Source: an uncultured Actinomycetota bacterium (GTDB taxonomy: Bacteria; Actinomycetota; Actinomycetes; JAHEKZ01). Taken from it: a DNA stretch of 64,000 nt. The notes below the pieces were generated by a model, which saw only the letters and a list, made by a program, of their open reading frames with translations, was not told the origin of the DNA and made no database searches. Below are positions 17,152-28,131 of this stretch, piece by piece (position 1 is the first letter of the stretch; each line of letters starts with the position of its first letter). The position numbers and the translations under genes were made by a program. Location of the stretch: assembly GCA_963829525.1 (NCBI GenBank), contig CAWHIJ010000003.1, positions 64,001-128,000 of the forward strand. Reading direction: 5' to 3'.

Positions 17152-18689
17152 CGGCGCCTACATCCACCACCGAGGTTGAGCGCAAGCTGACCGTCCCGGC
17201 GTCCTTCGACCTCGACGACATGACCGCGGGCCTGGCTGCAATCGGCGACGTGACGCGTGAGTCGCGGCGCAACCTCACAGCGGTGTACTACGACACCGAG
17301 GACTTCGCACTTGCGCGATCGCGCGTCACCCTCCGTCGTCGCACCGGGGGTGATGACTCCGGGTGGCATCTGAAGCTGCCGCCGGTCGACTTGGGCTCCG
17401 ATGCACGGGAGGAGGTCGTCCTTCCCCTGACAGCGGGACGCCCCGGTCGAGTGCCCAGTGCCCTCACCTCCGCCGTCGTCGCCCTCATCGGTGGCCAGCC
17501 GCTGCTTCCGCTGGCCACACAGAAGACCCGGCGCACGCCCTATGTCGTGCATACACCTGACGGCCAACCTGGGGTGGAGATCGTCGACGACCTGGTAGCC
17601 GTCACGGAGGGCCCGCAGTCAGGGACGGAGTACCGCGAGGTAGAGGTCGAGGTGCTGAGTGCGGCCGACCTCCTCGAACCGGTCGTCGCTCTGCTGACCG
17701 CTGCGGGCGCCGTGCCATCGTTGTCCCAGAGCAAGGGGATCAAGGCGCTCGTCGGAGACACCGCACTGGATCCACTCATCGAGATCGGCGAGCGGCCTCG
17801 TCCCAAGGACCCCGCAGCAGACGCCGTCAGGTTTCACGTACGCACCCAGGTGACCGCGATCATCACCCAGGATCAGCGTATTCGTCGACACCTTCCGGAC
17901 TCGGTTCACCAGTACCGCGTCGCTGCCCGACGTCTGCGAAGCGTCCTGCAGGCATTCGCCCCGCTCGTCGACGACGAGTGGGCGCGCGAACTTCGCACCG
18001 AGCTCGGCTGGATCGCATCCGTGCTCAGCCAGTCACGTGACCGGGAGGTGCTCGAGGCCCGCCTGGTGGAGGCGGTGCGCGCGCTCCCTGCCGAGGCTGA
18101 TGGAGCAGCCGCACTGGTCGTGATCCAGCGGCATCTCGACTCCGAGCTCGTCGAGGCGAAAGCGTCGATCGCAGCAGCAATGGAGTCGCCGCGCTACCGC
18201 GACCTGATGGCGAAGCTGCACGCCGCCGCGGCCAGCCCTCGCACGACAGAGCTGGCCAACGACAAGGCATCAGCGGTTCTTCCCCCACTGGCCAAGGCCA
18301 GCTGGCGCAAGCTCGCCAAGCAGGGCCGCCGGCTGCACGACGAGCTGGAGGGCCATGACGACCACTGGCACCGCACCCGGATTACCGCCAAGCGGGCGCG
18401 CTACACCGTGGAGGCCTGTGTTCCGGTCTTCGGTGGGCCGGCCAAGAAGTTCGCCAAGCAGCTGGAGTACGTCACCGAGCTCCTCGGCGAACACCAGGAC
18501 GCTGCGATCGCCGCCGAGCTCGTCCAGCAGCTCGCCACGACAGCACGCGGAGCCCGCGCACCCTTTGCACTCGGTGTTCTCTTTGCCCAACAACGCAGCC
18601 GGGTTGCCGACACCCGTCGAGAGTTCGTCGATACCTGGCCGCGAGTTGCCCACTCGGGGTGGCGCACCTGGATGGAGCCGAAGGCATGA
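17148..18689 (+). CDS. CYTH + CHAD domain protein
   Basis: EVERK and YYDTED..L..TLRRR (CYTH); [13 protein letters not shown] and [12 protein letters not shown] (CHAD). Confidence 0.92.
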   Translation: MTAPTSTTEVERKLTVPASFDLDDMTAGLAAIGDVTRESRRNLTAVYYDTEDFALARSRVTLRRRTGGDDSGWHLKLPPVDLGSDAREEVVLPLTAGRPGRVPSALTSAVVALIGGQPLLPLATQKTRRTPYVVHTPDGQPGVEIVDDLVAVTEGPQSGTEYREVEVEVLSAADLLEPVVALLTAAGAVPSLSQSKGIKALVGDTALDPLIEIGERPRPKDPAADAVRFHVRTQVTAIITQDQRIRRHLPDSVHQYRVAARRLRSVLQAFAPLVDDEWARELRTELGWIASVLSQSRDREVLEARLVEAVRALPAEADGAAALVVIQRHLDSELVEAKASIAAAMESPRYRDLMAKLHAAAASPRTTELANDKASAVLPPLAKASWRKLAKQGRRLHDELEGHDDHWHRTRITAKRARYTVEACVPVFGGPAKKFAKQLEYVTELLGEHQDAAIAAELVQQLATTARGARAPFALGVLFAQQRSRVADTRREFVDTWPRVAHSGWRTWMEPKA

Positions 18690-19612
18690 GCCGGTCGCCG
18701 ATCGTTGCGGCCGGGTGTTTGGTCACACGAGACACCGCCGGTGGCACCGAGGTGCTCCTCATCCACCGCCCGCGGTACGACGACTGGTCGTTGCCCAAGG
18801 GCAAGGCGGACTCAGATGAGCACCTGACGTTGACCGCCGTTCGCGAAACCCTCGAGGAGACCGGTCTGGTGGTGGCACTGCGCCGCCCATTGCCGATGCA
18901 TAGCTACCTGTTCGAGGGCGTCCCGAAAGAGGTTCACTACTGGCGCGCTGTCGTCGTCGAGGAGACCGAGTTCGTTCCAGGCGACGAGGTCGACGAGATT
19001 CGGTGGCTCTCAGTCGACAAGGCGGCAGCCAGGGTCACCCGTCCCGACGACGCGCTTCTGATCAAGCTCGCGGACGACCCACCCGGCACACCGTTTCTCG
19101 TGCTCCGGCACGGCAACGCGGTGAAGCGCGTCGACTGGCCCGGCGACGACGTCGACCGGCCGCTCGACGCCTCCGGAGTGGCTCAAGCCGACGGCCTGGT
19201 GGGGCGTCTTGCGGCGTACGGCGTCCAGCGGGTCCACTCCTCCGCTGCCCGCCGTTGCTCAGACACGGTTCGCCCCTACTCACTTGACGCGGGTGTGCCA
19301 CTCGCCTCCGAGCCGACACTCACCGAAGTCGGCTTCGCGTCAGCGCCCGAGGCCGCGCTCGAGCGAGCCGCAGGCCTCTTGGCCGACGTCTGGCGCTCAC
19401 ACGAGCCAGCCGTCCTCTGCGGGCACCGGCCCTACCTGCCGGTCCTCGTCGACCACTTGGTCGAGCTGTGCCCTGGAGCACCATCGGCCGATCCTTGGGA
19501 TCACCCGCTCCCCGACACAATGCCGACGGCGTCCATGACGGTTCTCCACGTCCACCAGGACGAGCGCACTGGTCAGCCGGTCACTGTGGCTCTGGAGCAC
19601 CAACGGGCCTGA
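18686..19612 (+). CDS. mutT1: NUDIX + histidine-phosphatase fusion (MutT1-like)
   Basis: HRPRYDDWSLPKGK, AVRETLEETG Nudix box, LRHG motif. Confidence 0.88.
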   Translation: MSRSPIVAAGCLVTRDTAGGTEVLLIHRPRYDDWSLPKGKADSDEHLTLTAVRETLEETGLVVALRRPLPMHSYLFEGVPKEVHYWRAVVVEETEFVPGDEVDEIRWLSVDKAAARVTRPDDALLIKLADDPPGTPFLVLRHGNAVKRVDWPGDDVDRPLDASGVAQADGLVGRLAAYGVQRVHSSAARRCSDTVRPYSLDAGVPLASEPTLTEVGFASAPEAALERAAGLLADVWRSHEPAVLCGHRPYLPVLVDHLVELCPGAPSADPWDHPLPDTMPTASMTVLHVHQDERTGQPVTVALEHQRA

Positions 19613-19616
19613 GCCT

Positions 19617-19756
19617 GTTCACCTTCTGCGGCCTTGTTCACCTTCCGTTCACCTTCTGGACGATGATCGTCCACCGACGTTTCGCACAATCGATAGGTGC
19701 CGTAAACCGACCGTTCACCGGCTATCTCCTGCACGGTCATTGGGCCTCCCTAACGT
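19617..19756 (+). promoter_or_regulatory. PHO box array (PhoP/RegX3-type) and -10 of pstS
   Basis: GTTCACC at 19617, 19636, 19647, 19713; GTCCACC 19669; GTAAACC 19702; GGTCAT 19735 (all from 19636 onward in 11-bp phase); TAACGT at 19751. Confidence 0.85.
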
Positions 19757-19803
19757 CACCGCGACAGCAGTCAGAAGTTTCCTCGAACGGAAGGTCCACG
19801 CAC

Positions 19804-20793
19804 GTGAAACGCATCCCTTTGCGCCGGGTCATCGCACCGGCCGCAACAGTCGCGGCCCTGGCCCTGACCCTCGCCGCTTGTGGCGGCGACAACAACGACG
19901 GTGGCACCGACACCACCACCTCTGGGCTGAGCGGCTCAGTGCTGGTCGACGGATCGAGCACGGTCGGACCGATGGCCGAGGTGGCCAACGAGCTCTTCGG
20001 TGAGTCCAACCCCGACGTCAAGGTGACCGTCGGCGAGTCCGGCACCGGCGGCGGCTTCGAGAAGTTCTGCGCCGGCGAGACCGACATCAGCACGGCATCG
20101 CGTCCGATTGAAGATGACGAAGCCGCGATCTGCGAAAAGAACGGCGTCAGCTACCAGGAGCTGGTCGTCGCCAACGACGCCCTCACCCTGGTGATCAACA
20201 AGGACAACGACTGGGCAACGTGCCTCACGGTCGAGCAGCTCAAGACCATTTGGGAGCCGAAGGCCGAAGGCAAGATCACCAACTGGAACCAGGTCGACCC
20301 GTCGTTCCCCGACCAAGAGCTCACCCTGTTCGGCGCCGGCACCGACTCCGGAACGTTCGACTACTTCACTTCCTCGATCAATGGCGAAGAGGGTGCAAGC
20401 CGCACCGACTACTCGCCGACCGAGAACGACAACAACACCGTCACCGGTGTTCAGGGCAGCGTCGGCGGGTTGGGCTACTTCGGCTACTCGTACTACGAGC
20501 AGAACGCCGACACCTTGACCGCTGTCCAGGTGGACAACGGCGACGGTTGCGTGGCTCCGAGCCCCGAGACCGTAGCCGACGGCACCTACCAGCCGCTCTC
20601 CCGCGAGCTGTACATCTACCCGTCGATCGAGAAGGCGGCCGGCAACGACGCCGCGAAGGCCTTCACCGAGTTCTTCGCTGAGAACGACTCGACGATCGCC
20701 GAGACTGCACAGTTCATCGCTCTCAACGATCAGCAGAAGTCGATGCTCGACTCTGAGCTGGCCGACTTCCAGTCGGCGGTGGACGCGGTCTGA
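19804..20793 (+). CDS. pstS: phosphate ABC substrate-binding lipoprotein
   Basis: Lipobox LAAC; DGSSTV, SGTGGGF, SGTFDYF motifs. Confidence 0.95.
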   Translation: MKRIPLRRVIAPAATVAALALTLAACGGDNNDGGTDTTTSGLSGSVLVDGSSTVGPMAEVANELFGESNPDVKVTVGESGTGGGFEKFCAGETDISTASRPIEDDEAAICEKNGVSYQELVVANDALTLVINKDNDWATCLTVEQLKTIWEPKAEGKITNWNQVDPSFPDQELTLFGAGTDSGTFDYFTSSINGEEGASRTDYSPTENDNNTVTGVQGSVGGLGYFGYSYYEQNADTLTAVQVDNGDGCVAPSPETVADGTYQPLSRELYIYPSIEKAAGNDAAKAFTEFFAENDSTIAETAQFIALNDQQKSMLDSELADFQSAVDAV

Positions 20794-20795
20794 CC

Positions 20796-21761
20796 GTGAG
20801 TTCACTGTCGTCGACGACCGTCGACAAACGCGCTGTTGCCGCAGGGGCCGAAGGGTTCCTGCGGCAACAGCGCGCCCGGAATGGTGAGCGGGTCGTCTTC
20901 GTCGTCCTGCTGATGGCAGCGCTGGTGTCGGTGGCCACCACGGTGGGCATCGTCATCTCGCTGTTCGTTCCGGCTTTTCAGTTCTTCCAGGAAGTCCCAC
21001 TTACCGATTTCCTGTTCGGCACGACGTGGAGCCCCACATTTGCAAACCCGGGCTTCGGGGTGCGGCCGCTCGTAGTCGGCACGCTGCTGATCACCGTCAT
21101 CGCGAGCATCGTTGCGCTGCCGCTCGGCCTTGGCTCGGCGGTCTACTTGTCGGAGTATGCCAACGACCGTGTACGACGTACGCTCAAACCAGCGCTGGAA
21201 GTCCTCGCCGGAATTCCCACGGTCATCTACGGCTTCTTTGCCCTCACACTGGTCACCCCAGTGCTCCGGTGGCTCATACCCGGCGATGCGGAGGTACCGC
21301 AGATCTACAACGCCCTCTCCGCCGGCTTGGTCATGGGCGTCATGATCATCCCCACCATCGCCTCGCTCTCCGAGGACGCCATGTCAGCGGTCCCCAGTGG
21401 GTTGCGACAAGGTGCGTTCGCCCTTGGCAGTAACCGCCGGCAGGTGTCCACCCGCGTCGTGGTCCCCGCCGCGCTGTCCGGCATAACTGCTGCCTTCGTC
21501 TTGGGGATCTCACGCGCGATTGGCGAGACGATGATCGTGGTCATGGCAGCGGGCCTGCAGCCGAACACCTCGTGGAACCCGCTGGAGATCCACCAGACGA
21601 TGACCGCGTTCATCGCATCTACCGCGGCCGGCGACATCGCGACTGGCACGACGATCTACAAGACGATCTTCGCCGTTGGGGCGCTTCTCTTCGTCATGAC
21701 CTTCGTCATGAACATGATCAGTATCCGTCTGGTGCGCCGGTATCGGGAGGTGTACGAATGA
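20796..21761 (+). CDS. pstC: phosphate ABC permease
   Basis: AVYLSEY, LAGIPTVIYG, SRAIGETM motifs. Confidence 0.95.
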   Translation: MSSLSSTTVDKRAVAAGAEGFLRQQRARNGERVVFVVLLMAALVSVATTVGIVISLFVPAFQFFQEVPLTDFLFGTTWSPTFANPGFGVRPLVVGTLLITVIASIVALPLGLGSAVYLSEYANDRVRRTLKPALEVLAGIPTVIYGFFALTLVTPVLRWLIPGDAEVPQIYNALSAGLVMGVMIIPTIASLSEDAMSAVPSGLRQGAFALGSNRRQVSTRVVVPAALSGITAAFVLGISRAIGETMIVVMAAGLQPNTSWNPLEIHQTMTAFIASTAAGDIATGTTIYKTIFAVGALLFVMTFVMNMISIRLVRRYREVYE

Positions 21762-22663
21762 CGATCACCGAACCTCCCCCTTCCCCAGCCACCCCCGCCG
21801 CACGGCCGCTCCTCAAGGCCACCGGCGAACCGCTCCGTGAGCGCGCCTTCAAGTGGATGCTGTGGTTCTGCATGGCCGTGGGACTGGTCACCCTCGTCGT
21901 CCTACTCGTCTACGTGTTCATCAGGGGATGGGGTGCACTAGACACCCGGCTCGTCACGAACATGCCGTCGTCGGTGCTGCCGGAGACCGCTGGAGCACAG
22001 TCAGCCATCACCGGCACGCTCTGGCTGATGGCCTTCACCGCCCTGTGGGCTCTACCGACCGGCATCCTGGCCGCCATCTACCTCGAGGAGTACGGCGACC
22101 CCACCCGTTGGTACAACCGGCTGATCGAGATCAACATCCTCAACCTCGCCGCGGTGCCTTCCATCGTCTTCGGGATCCTCGGACTCGCCTTCATCTCGCG
22201 CGGTCTCGGCTTCGGACCCACCGTGTTGACCGGCTCAATCACTTTGGCGCTGTTGGTGCTCCCGGTCGTGGTGATCGCCAGCCGTGAGGCCATCCGTGCA
22301 GTGCCCCAGTCAATTCGCGCCGGGTCTCTGGCGGTGGGGGCCACGCAGTGGCAGACCATCTACCGCCAAGTGCTGCCCGCAGCGATCCCCGGCATCGCGA
22401 CCGGCGCCATCTTGGCCCTCTCCCGAGCCATCGGAGAGGCGGCGCCGCTGTTGATGCTCGGCGTCTCATTCGTCCGCTTCAATCCCGACGGCTTGATGAG
22501 CACGTTCACCGCGCTCCCCGTGCAGATCTACAACTGGACCACCGAGGCCAGGCCTGAGTACACCACCCTGGCGGCAGCTGCCAGCGTCGTCCTGCTGGTC
22601 CTGCTGCTGGCCATGAACTCGGTCGCCATCTACATCCGAAACAAGACCCAGAGGCGGTGGTAG
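21758..22663 (+). CDS. pstA: phosphate ABC permease
   Basis: [27 protein letters not shown]; ATGA overlap with pstC. Confidence 0.95.
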   Translation: MTITEPPPSPATPAARPLLKATGEPLRERAFKWMLWFCMAVGLVTLVVLLVYVFIRGWGALDTRLVTNMPSSVLPETAGAQSAITGTLWLMAFTALWALPTGILAAIYLEEYGDPTRWYNRLIEINILNLAAVPSIVFGILGLAFISRGLGFGPTVLTGSITLALLVLPVVVIASREAIRAVPQSIRAGSLAVGATQWQTIYRQVLPAAIPGIATGAILALSRAIGEAAPLLMLGVSFVRFNPDGLMSTFTALPVQIYNWTTEARPEYTTLAAAASVVLLVLLLAMNSVAIYIRNKTQRRW

Positions 22664-22667
22664 CTCC

Positions 22668-23627
22668 ATGAGCATCCCGAAGAACCCCCCGGGCCCATCG
22701 TCAACCAGTAGCGTGTCTACCACCGGTACACGCATCCGCGTCAACGAGTCGCCAGCAGGAGCCATGACCGAGTCCACGCCCGACCTCCCCGTCTCTGTCT
22801 CTGTCGCTGCGAGTGCGGCGAACACGGGAGACGGTGCCGGCCGCGCGTTCGAGTCTGTCATCACGACACGCGATCTCTCGGTCTACTACGGCAGCTACCA
22901 GGCTGTTCGCCACGTCGACATGAACTTTGGCAAGAACCGGATCACCGCCATGATCGGACCGTCCGGCTGCGGCAAGTCGACCGTACTGCGCTGTTTCAAC
23001 CGGATGAACGACCTGATTGCCGGTGCTCGCGTCGAAGGAACCATCACGTACCACGGCCAGGACGTCTACGCCGAAGACGTCGACACCATCGAGGTCCGTC
23101 GTCGAGTCGGCATGGTTTTCCAAAAGCCCAACCCGTTTCCGAAGTCGATCTACGACAACATCGCCTACGGCCCTCGGGTCAACGGGTGGAAAGTCAGCTC
23201 CATGGACGACGTCGTCGAGGAGGCACTCACGCGCGCTGCACTCTGGGACGAGGTAAAGGACAAGCTCAAGGAGAGCGCGCTGGCGCTCTCCGGTGGACAG
23301 CAACAGCGGCTGTGCATCGCCCGATGCATCGCCGTGCAGCCAGACGTCATCTTGATGGACGAGCCGTGCGCCTCATTGGACCCGATCGCCACCTCGAAGA
23401 TCGAAGACCTGATGCGCGAGCTCGCCGACGACTACACGATCATCATCGTGACGCACAACATGCAGCAGGCGGCTCGCGTCTCCGACCGCACGGCGTTCTT
23501 CACCGCCGACGTCGATGACGAGGGTGTTCGGCACGGCCGCCTTGTCGAGATGGACTGGACGAACCAGATCTTCACGAATCCTTCCGATCCCCGCACCGAG
23601 GGCTACATCTCCGGCCGCTTCGGCTGA
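22668..23627 (+). CDS. pstB: phosphate ABC ATPase
   Basis: [32 protein letters not shown]; start may be ATG near 22763. Confidence 0.95.
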   Translation: MSIPKNPPGPSSTSSVSTTGTRIRVNESPAGAMTESTPDLPVSVSVAASAANTGDGAGRAFESVITTRDLSVYYGSYQAVRHVDMNFGKNRITAMIGPSGCGKSTVLRCFNRMNDLIAGARVEGTITYHGQDVYAEDVDTIEVRRRVGMVFQKPNPFPKSIYDNIAYGPRVNGWKVSSMDDVVEEALTRAALWDEVKDKLKESALALSGGQQQRLCIARCIAVQPDVILMDEPCASLDPIATSKIEDLMRELADDYTIIIVTHNMQQAARVSDRTAFFTADVDDEGVRHGRLVEMDWTNQIFTNPSDPRTEGYISGRFG

Positions 23628-24062
23628 TCGTCGCGGGCAAGCCTGGGAGCCAGCGCGGCGCAGCCGATCGCAGCCACCAGGGTTGGCACGGCGATCACGG
23701 TGGTGACGTCAGGCTCGAGCACACCCACCGTGTGAGTGACGTACTCCCACAGCGTGAAGACAAGTACCGGTACCCCGCCAGCAGCGGCGCCGAGGATCCG
23801 CTGCGTCGTAACCGTTTGTCCACGATGGGCTGCACGCTGCCAGCGATACACCGCTGACTGCTCCAAGGAGCAACCCGAGCGCAGCTCCAACGCCGACGAA
23901 GAGCACCAGCCCGAAGAGGGAAAGCGGCTCACTGCCGAGCACGGAGGTGAAGACCGACAACGCCCCGATCATGATGAAGTACAGCGTCCCCGCCGCCAGC
24001 CCGAATGGCACCGTCGTCCGCCAAGCAAGCGTCGTCCTGCCACGCAAACTCGGCGTCGACAT
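23603..24062 (-). CDS. hypothetical membrane protein, probably split by a frameshift near 23800-23830
   Basis: Hydrophobic helices in ORF 23709..24062 continue in the distal part of ORF 23603..23932 ([15 protein letters not shown]...). Confidence 0.5.
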
Positions 24063-24083
24063 CGTTGGGGTTCCTGGCCGACG

Positions 24084-24401
24084 TCAAGCGCAACTGACGC
24101 AGTGGGTCGACCAGAAGCGCGCCTCGAGGCGGGCCGGTGCAATCGGCGTCCCACAGGTGTCGCACACGCCATAGGTTCCTTCAAGCACCTTGGCCTCTGC
24201 GCGGTCGATCTCAGCGAGCATCACCTGGAGCCCGTCGTGGGCAGCGACCTGGGTGATGCGCTCGACAGCGATGCTGGTGCCGTCCCCAACACGCTTGCCG
24301 AACGAGATCCCACCGGCGTCCGGCGTGGGAGTGGTCAGCTGATCGAGCTCAGCCACTACCTCGGCGCGCTTGGCACGCAGCTCGGTCAACGGTTCGGTCA
24401 C
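24084..24401 (-). CDS. TraR/DksA C4 zinc-finger protein
   Basis: GTYGVCDTCGTPIAPARLEA....HCVSC. Confidence 0.9.
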   Translation of the reverse strand: MTEPLTELRAKRAEVVAELDQLTTPTPDAGGISFGKRVGDGTSIAVERITQVAAHDGLQVMLAEIDRAEAKVLEGTYGVCDTCGTPIAPARLEARFWSTHCVSCA

Positions 24402-24480
24402 ACAGTGACGGTACCTTAGCCTGGTCAGTCTCGGCGGTGCTGCCTTTACGGCTCTCGCCAATGCCAATCCAGGGAGTCTC

Positions 24481-25086
24481 ATGCGTTCGCTTCGCGTCAC
24501 CGCCGTTGCCCTCATCGCGTCCTGCGCAATCGTTCTGACCGGATGCAGTGGCAATGACGCCGAGCCAGCGGCCGGCGATACCACTGCCTCAGCAGGGACT
24601 TCGGCCACCCCCGACGCCAGTGAGTCAACCACTGCGGACACCACTGACAGCACTGCTACCGCCGACGCGGGCGACCTCGCTGACTTCCCCACCGTGGATG
24701 GTTTCACCTACACCGAGCTTCCAGGCGCCGCCTTCAAGAGCCTGAACGCGACCCTCAAACAGACGCCGCAGATCGAGGGCGTCGAGGCCAAGCTCATCGA
24801 GAAGAACGGCAACGAAGCAGGACTGATCATGCGCATGTCCATCGACCCGCAGGCGGCCAGCATGCCGGGCTTCGAAGAAGGTTTCCTTCCAGGATTCGCC
24901 GGAGGATTTGCGGGAAGCAACGCTGCGCCCGACTACGAGGACATCAACGGGACCAAGGTCGTCGTGATCGACACCCCCGACCAGACCGGCACCGCCTACG
25001 CCTGGCTCGAAGGCTCCGTCGCGACGATCCTGGTCTTCAAGGAAGCCGCCGATGCCGAGGCCTTCGCCCAAGGCGCCCTCGCCTAG
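24481..25086 (+). CDS. hypothetical lipoprotein
   Basis: Lipobox LTGC, Thr/Ala-rich linker, GGGAG RBS. Confidence 0.8.
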   Translation: MRSLRVTAVALIASCAIVLTGCSGNDAEPAAGDTTASAGTSATPDASESTTADTTDSTATADAGDLADFPTVDGFTYTELPGAAFKSLNATLKQTPQIEGVEAKLIEKNGNEAGLIMRMSIDPQAASMPGFEEGFLPGFAGGFAGSNAAPDYEDINGTKVVVIDTPDQTGTAYAWLEGSVATILVFKEAADAEAFAQGALA

Positions 25087-25096
25087 AGCCGTATCC

Positions 25097-26722
25097 GTGA
25101 CACGCACCACTGCCGACCGCGTCCTCGACGCGCTCGCTGACGCCGGCGTCACCACAGCGTTCGGGCTTCCCGGCGTTCATAATCTGCCCTTCTGGCACGA
25201 GCTCGACGAAGCCGACACGCACCCAAGCGGAATCCGGGTCATCACCGTCCGCCATGAACAGACTGCGGCCTACGCCGCTGACGGGCTCGCACGCGCCACC
25301 GGAGGACTCGGCGTCGCGCTCGTGACATCGGGCCCGGGTGCGGCCAACACCCTGGCTGCGTTCGGTGAGGCGGCTGCCAGCGGAATCCCGCTGCTCGTCA
25401 TCGCGAGCGACGTTCCCGAGTCGCTGCGCAATCGCGACAACGTACGGGGCCTGCTGCACGAGTCACCCGACCAAGGCGCGTGGTTCGCGCCACTGGCAAA
25501 AGCGGTCCTGCAACCGCGGACGGCGGCCGCCGCAACCGCAGCAATCACTGACGCGATCATCGCCGCAATGAGTCACCCACGAGGACCGGCCTTCCTCGGC
25601 ATCCCGTCTGACGTCCTGCGGGCGCAAGCTCCGGAGGCTCCACCAGCGATCGTTACACCCCCTCTGGCGCCAACCACCGGTGACGTGACCGCAGTCGTCG
25701 ACTTGCTGCAGCGATCGCGACGACCCGCCCTTTGGGTGGGGGGAGGCGCTGTCTCCTCAGGGGCCGACGTCGACATGCTCGCCTGGCGACTCGGCGCCCC
25801 GGTCTTTGCCACGTACGCCGCCCGTGGCGTACTCCCACCCGGCCACCCGCTGCTCGTCGATGTCCCGGCCATGGAGCCACGAGCAAGCGCGCTCCTGGAC
25901 GACACCGACCTGTTGCTGGTGCTCGGCTCTGCCCTCGACGCCATGACGACCGCAAACTGGTCGCTGCCGCGGCCGTCCCAGGTGATTGACGTCAACCTTC
26001 GGCCCAGCGGCGCTTTCGACCCCGACCTCACTGTCGTGGCGGACGCCGCCGCATTCGTCGACGCCATTGCACTGCGGCTCGGCGGACGCGAGCCATGGGC
26101 CGACTCTCCCTTCCTGATCCGCGACACGGTCCGTACGGCCGCAGCAGCCGACGCCCGCGCGCGTGAAGCGGTCGCCATCGTCGACGCTATTGAGCGCACC
26201 TGGCCACCAGGCAACCCGGTCGTCTGCGACATGGCCGTTGCCGGCTACTGGGTCGGCGGCTATGCCAAGGTGCACGGACCCCGCCAGCTGCTCTACCCGG
26301 TTGGTTGGGGAACCCTCGGCTACGGGCTACCTGCCGCGCTGGGAGTCGCTGCCACCGGGACCCCGACCCTTGCGGTTCTGGGCGACGGCGGCCTGGCCAT
26401 GGGCACCGGCGAGCTGGCCACCCTGGTCCAGGAAAACCTTCCAGTGACTGCTCTCGTCGTAGCCGACGGCGGCTACGGGATGCTCCGCTTCGATCAGCAA
26501 CGAGGCGGCCACCGCGAACGCGGAGTCGACCTCAATGCGCCCGACTGGCCCGCACTCGGCGCGGCGTTCGGCCTGCCGGTCGAGCAGCCGGCCACCCCCG
26601 ACGACCTCAGGGACGTCCTGGCCAAGTCTGCTGTGTCAGGCGCGCCACGCCTCGTGGTGTACAACGCCACCCTCTTCCCCCCACGATCGACGTCGCCCCG
26701 GTGGGCCGATCCGGCGCCTTAG
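25097..26722 (+). CDS. thiamine diphosphate-dependent enzyme (acetolactate synthase-like)
   Basis: FGLPGVHNL, VRHEQ, TSGPG, GDGG motifs. Confidence 0.9.
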   Translation: MTRTTADRVLDALADAGVTTAFGLPGVHNLPFWHELDEADTHPSGIRVITVRHEQTAAYAADGLARATGGLGVALVTSGPGAANTLAAFGEAAASGIPLLVIASDVPESLRNRDNVRGLLHESPDQGAWFAPLAKAVLQPRTAAAATAAITDAIIAAMSHPRGPAFLGIPSDVLRAQAPEAPPAIVTPPLAPTTGDVTAVVDLLQRSRRPALWVGGGAVSSGADVDMLAWRLGAPVFATYAARGVLPPGHPLLVDVPAMEPRASALLDDTDLLLVLGSALDAMTTANWSLPRPSQVIDVNLRPSGAFDPDLTVVADAAAFVDAIALRLGGREPWADSPFLIRDTVRTAAAADARAREAVAIVDAIERTWPPGNPVVCDMAVAGYWVGGYAKVHGPRQLLYPVGWGTLGYGLPAALGVAATGTPTLAVLGDGGLAMGTGELATLVQENLPVTALVVADGGYGMLRFDQQRGGHRERGVDLNAPDWPALGAAFGLPVEQPATPDDLRDVLAKSAVSGAPRLVVYNATLFPPRSTSPRWADPAP

Positions 26723-26782
26723 GTCAGCCTTCGGTGAGTGAAATGCTGCGATCACGGTACGGATGAAAGGTGGAGCGGAGGT

Positions 26783-26809
26783 GGAACCTCGGCTCTGTTG
26801 ACGGCGTCT
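26783..26809 (+). promoter_or_regulatory. candidate ECF-sigma promoter of the whiB gene
   Basis: GGAACC-N16-CGTCT about 40 nt before the ATG. Confidence 0.4.
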
Positions 26810-26850
26810 TATCAGTCTCGCCCTTGACCGGGCCAGACCGCGGAGGTGCC

Positions 26851-27099
26851 ATGAACTGGGATATCGAGGCCGGTTGCCAGTCGATCGACCCTGACGTCTT
26901 CTTCCCTGATCGCCCCTCGGACCGCGCTGCGGCCGCCAAAGCGATCTGTCGGGGATGCCCGGTCCGCACGCAGTGCCTGGAGTTCGCCCTCGCTGCGCGA
27001 CTCGATCACGGCGTGTGGGGTGGGCTGAACGAGGTCGAGCGCCGGTCGCTTCGTCGCTCACGCCAGCGCAAGGCTCGCCGAACTGAGGCTGCTGCCTGA
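26851..27099 (+). CDS. WhiB family Fe-S transcription factor
   Basis: C..DPDVFFP, CRGCPVRTQC, GVWGG; GGAGG RBS. Confidence 0.93.
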   Translation: MNWDIEAGCQSIDPDVFFPDRPSDRAAAAKAICRGCPVRTQCLEFALAARLDHGVWGGLNEVERRSLRRSRQRKARRTEAAA

Positions 27100-27153
27100 A
27101 CCCACCCGATGGGCCGATGACTCACCCCCTGGTGCACCCCTCACACTTGGGGG

Positions 27154-28131
27154 ATGACTACCCGGGTGACGCAAGACGCGAGCGACGCCGTCGCCGCTCT
27201 TCGCGCCGGGGGGCTGGTGGCCCTGCCCACCGAGACCGTCTACGGCCTGGCCGGCGACGCCCGCGACCCTGCAGCCGTCGCCCGAATCTTCGCCGCCAAG
27301 GGCCGGCCGGCTCACCATCCGGTGATCGTGCACCTGCCAGGTACAGATTCGCTGGACCGCTGGGCCCTGGCCGTCCCGACATGGGCGCGGGCCCTCGCCG
27401 AGGCCCTGTGGCCGGGACCCTTGACGCTCGTCGTCGCCCGGGCGCCCGGCGTGCTGGACGTAGTCACGGGAGGCCAACCGACCGTTGGCCTCCGCGCGCC
27501 GGCACACCCGCTGACCCAGGAGGTGCTGCGGCAGTTCGGTGGGGGGCTCGCCGCTCCGTCGGCGAACCGCTACGGACACGTCAGTCCCACCACCGTCGAA
27601 CATGTCCTGTCCGAGCTCGGTGGAGTGCTCGACGAGAGTCGAGACGTCATCCTCGACGGCGGCCGCTGCCCCGTTGGCGTCGAGTCGACCATCATCGGTG
27701 CATGGGACGACACGCCCCGGCTGCTTCGCGCCGGGGCCATCACCGCCGAACAAGTCGCTGAGCTCACCGGCCTCGACGTGTCCCGAGTCGACGGAGGCGT
27801 CCGCGCACCTGGGACGACCGTGGCGCACTACGCACCCTCCGCGCAGGTGATACCCGTCGAGGCCGATGAGCTGCCAGACGTCGTCATCGATGTTGCCGGC
27901 CCCTTCGGGCTCATTGCGCTTTCTTCGGTCTCCGTGCCCGACGTCGGCCATGTACGCCTCGCAGCTCCGATCGATGCCGGCGAGTACGCGTTCGCCCTAT
28001 ATGCCGCGCTACGGGCCGCCGACGATGCCGGACTCAAGGTCGTCGTCGCTGTCTTGCCGCCAGACACCGGCGTTGGTCACGCCGTCCGCGACCGGTTGCT
28101 CCGCGCCGCGGTTCCGGGGGTGCGGTCGTGA
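27154..28131 (+). CDS. sua5: L-threonylcarbamoyladenylate synthase (Sua5 type)
   Basis: PTETVYGL, KGRP, PSAN, GVESTI, HYAP plus SUA5 C-terminal domain. Confidence 0.93.
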   Translation: MTTRVTQDASDAVAALRAGGLVALPTETVYGLAGDARDPAAVARIFAAKGRPAHHPVIVHLPGTDSLDRWALAVPTWARALAEALWPGPLTLVVARAPGVLDVVTGGQPTVGLRAPAHPLTQEVLRQFGGGLAAPSANRYGHVSPTTVEHVLSELGGVLDESRDVILDGGRCPVGVESTIIGAWDDTPRLLRAGAITAEQVAELTGLDVSRVDGGVRAPGTTVAHYAPSAQVIPVEADELPDVVIDVAGPFGLIALSSVSVPDVGHVRLAAPIDAGEYAFALYAALRAADDAGLKVVVAVLPPDTGVGHAVRDRLLRAAVPGVRS

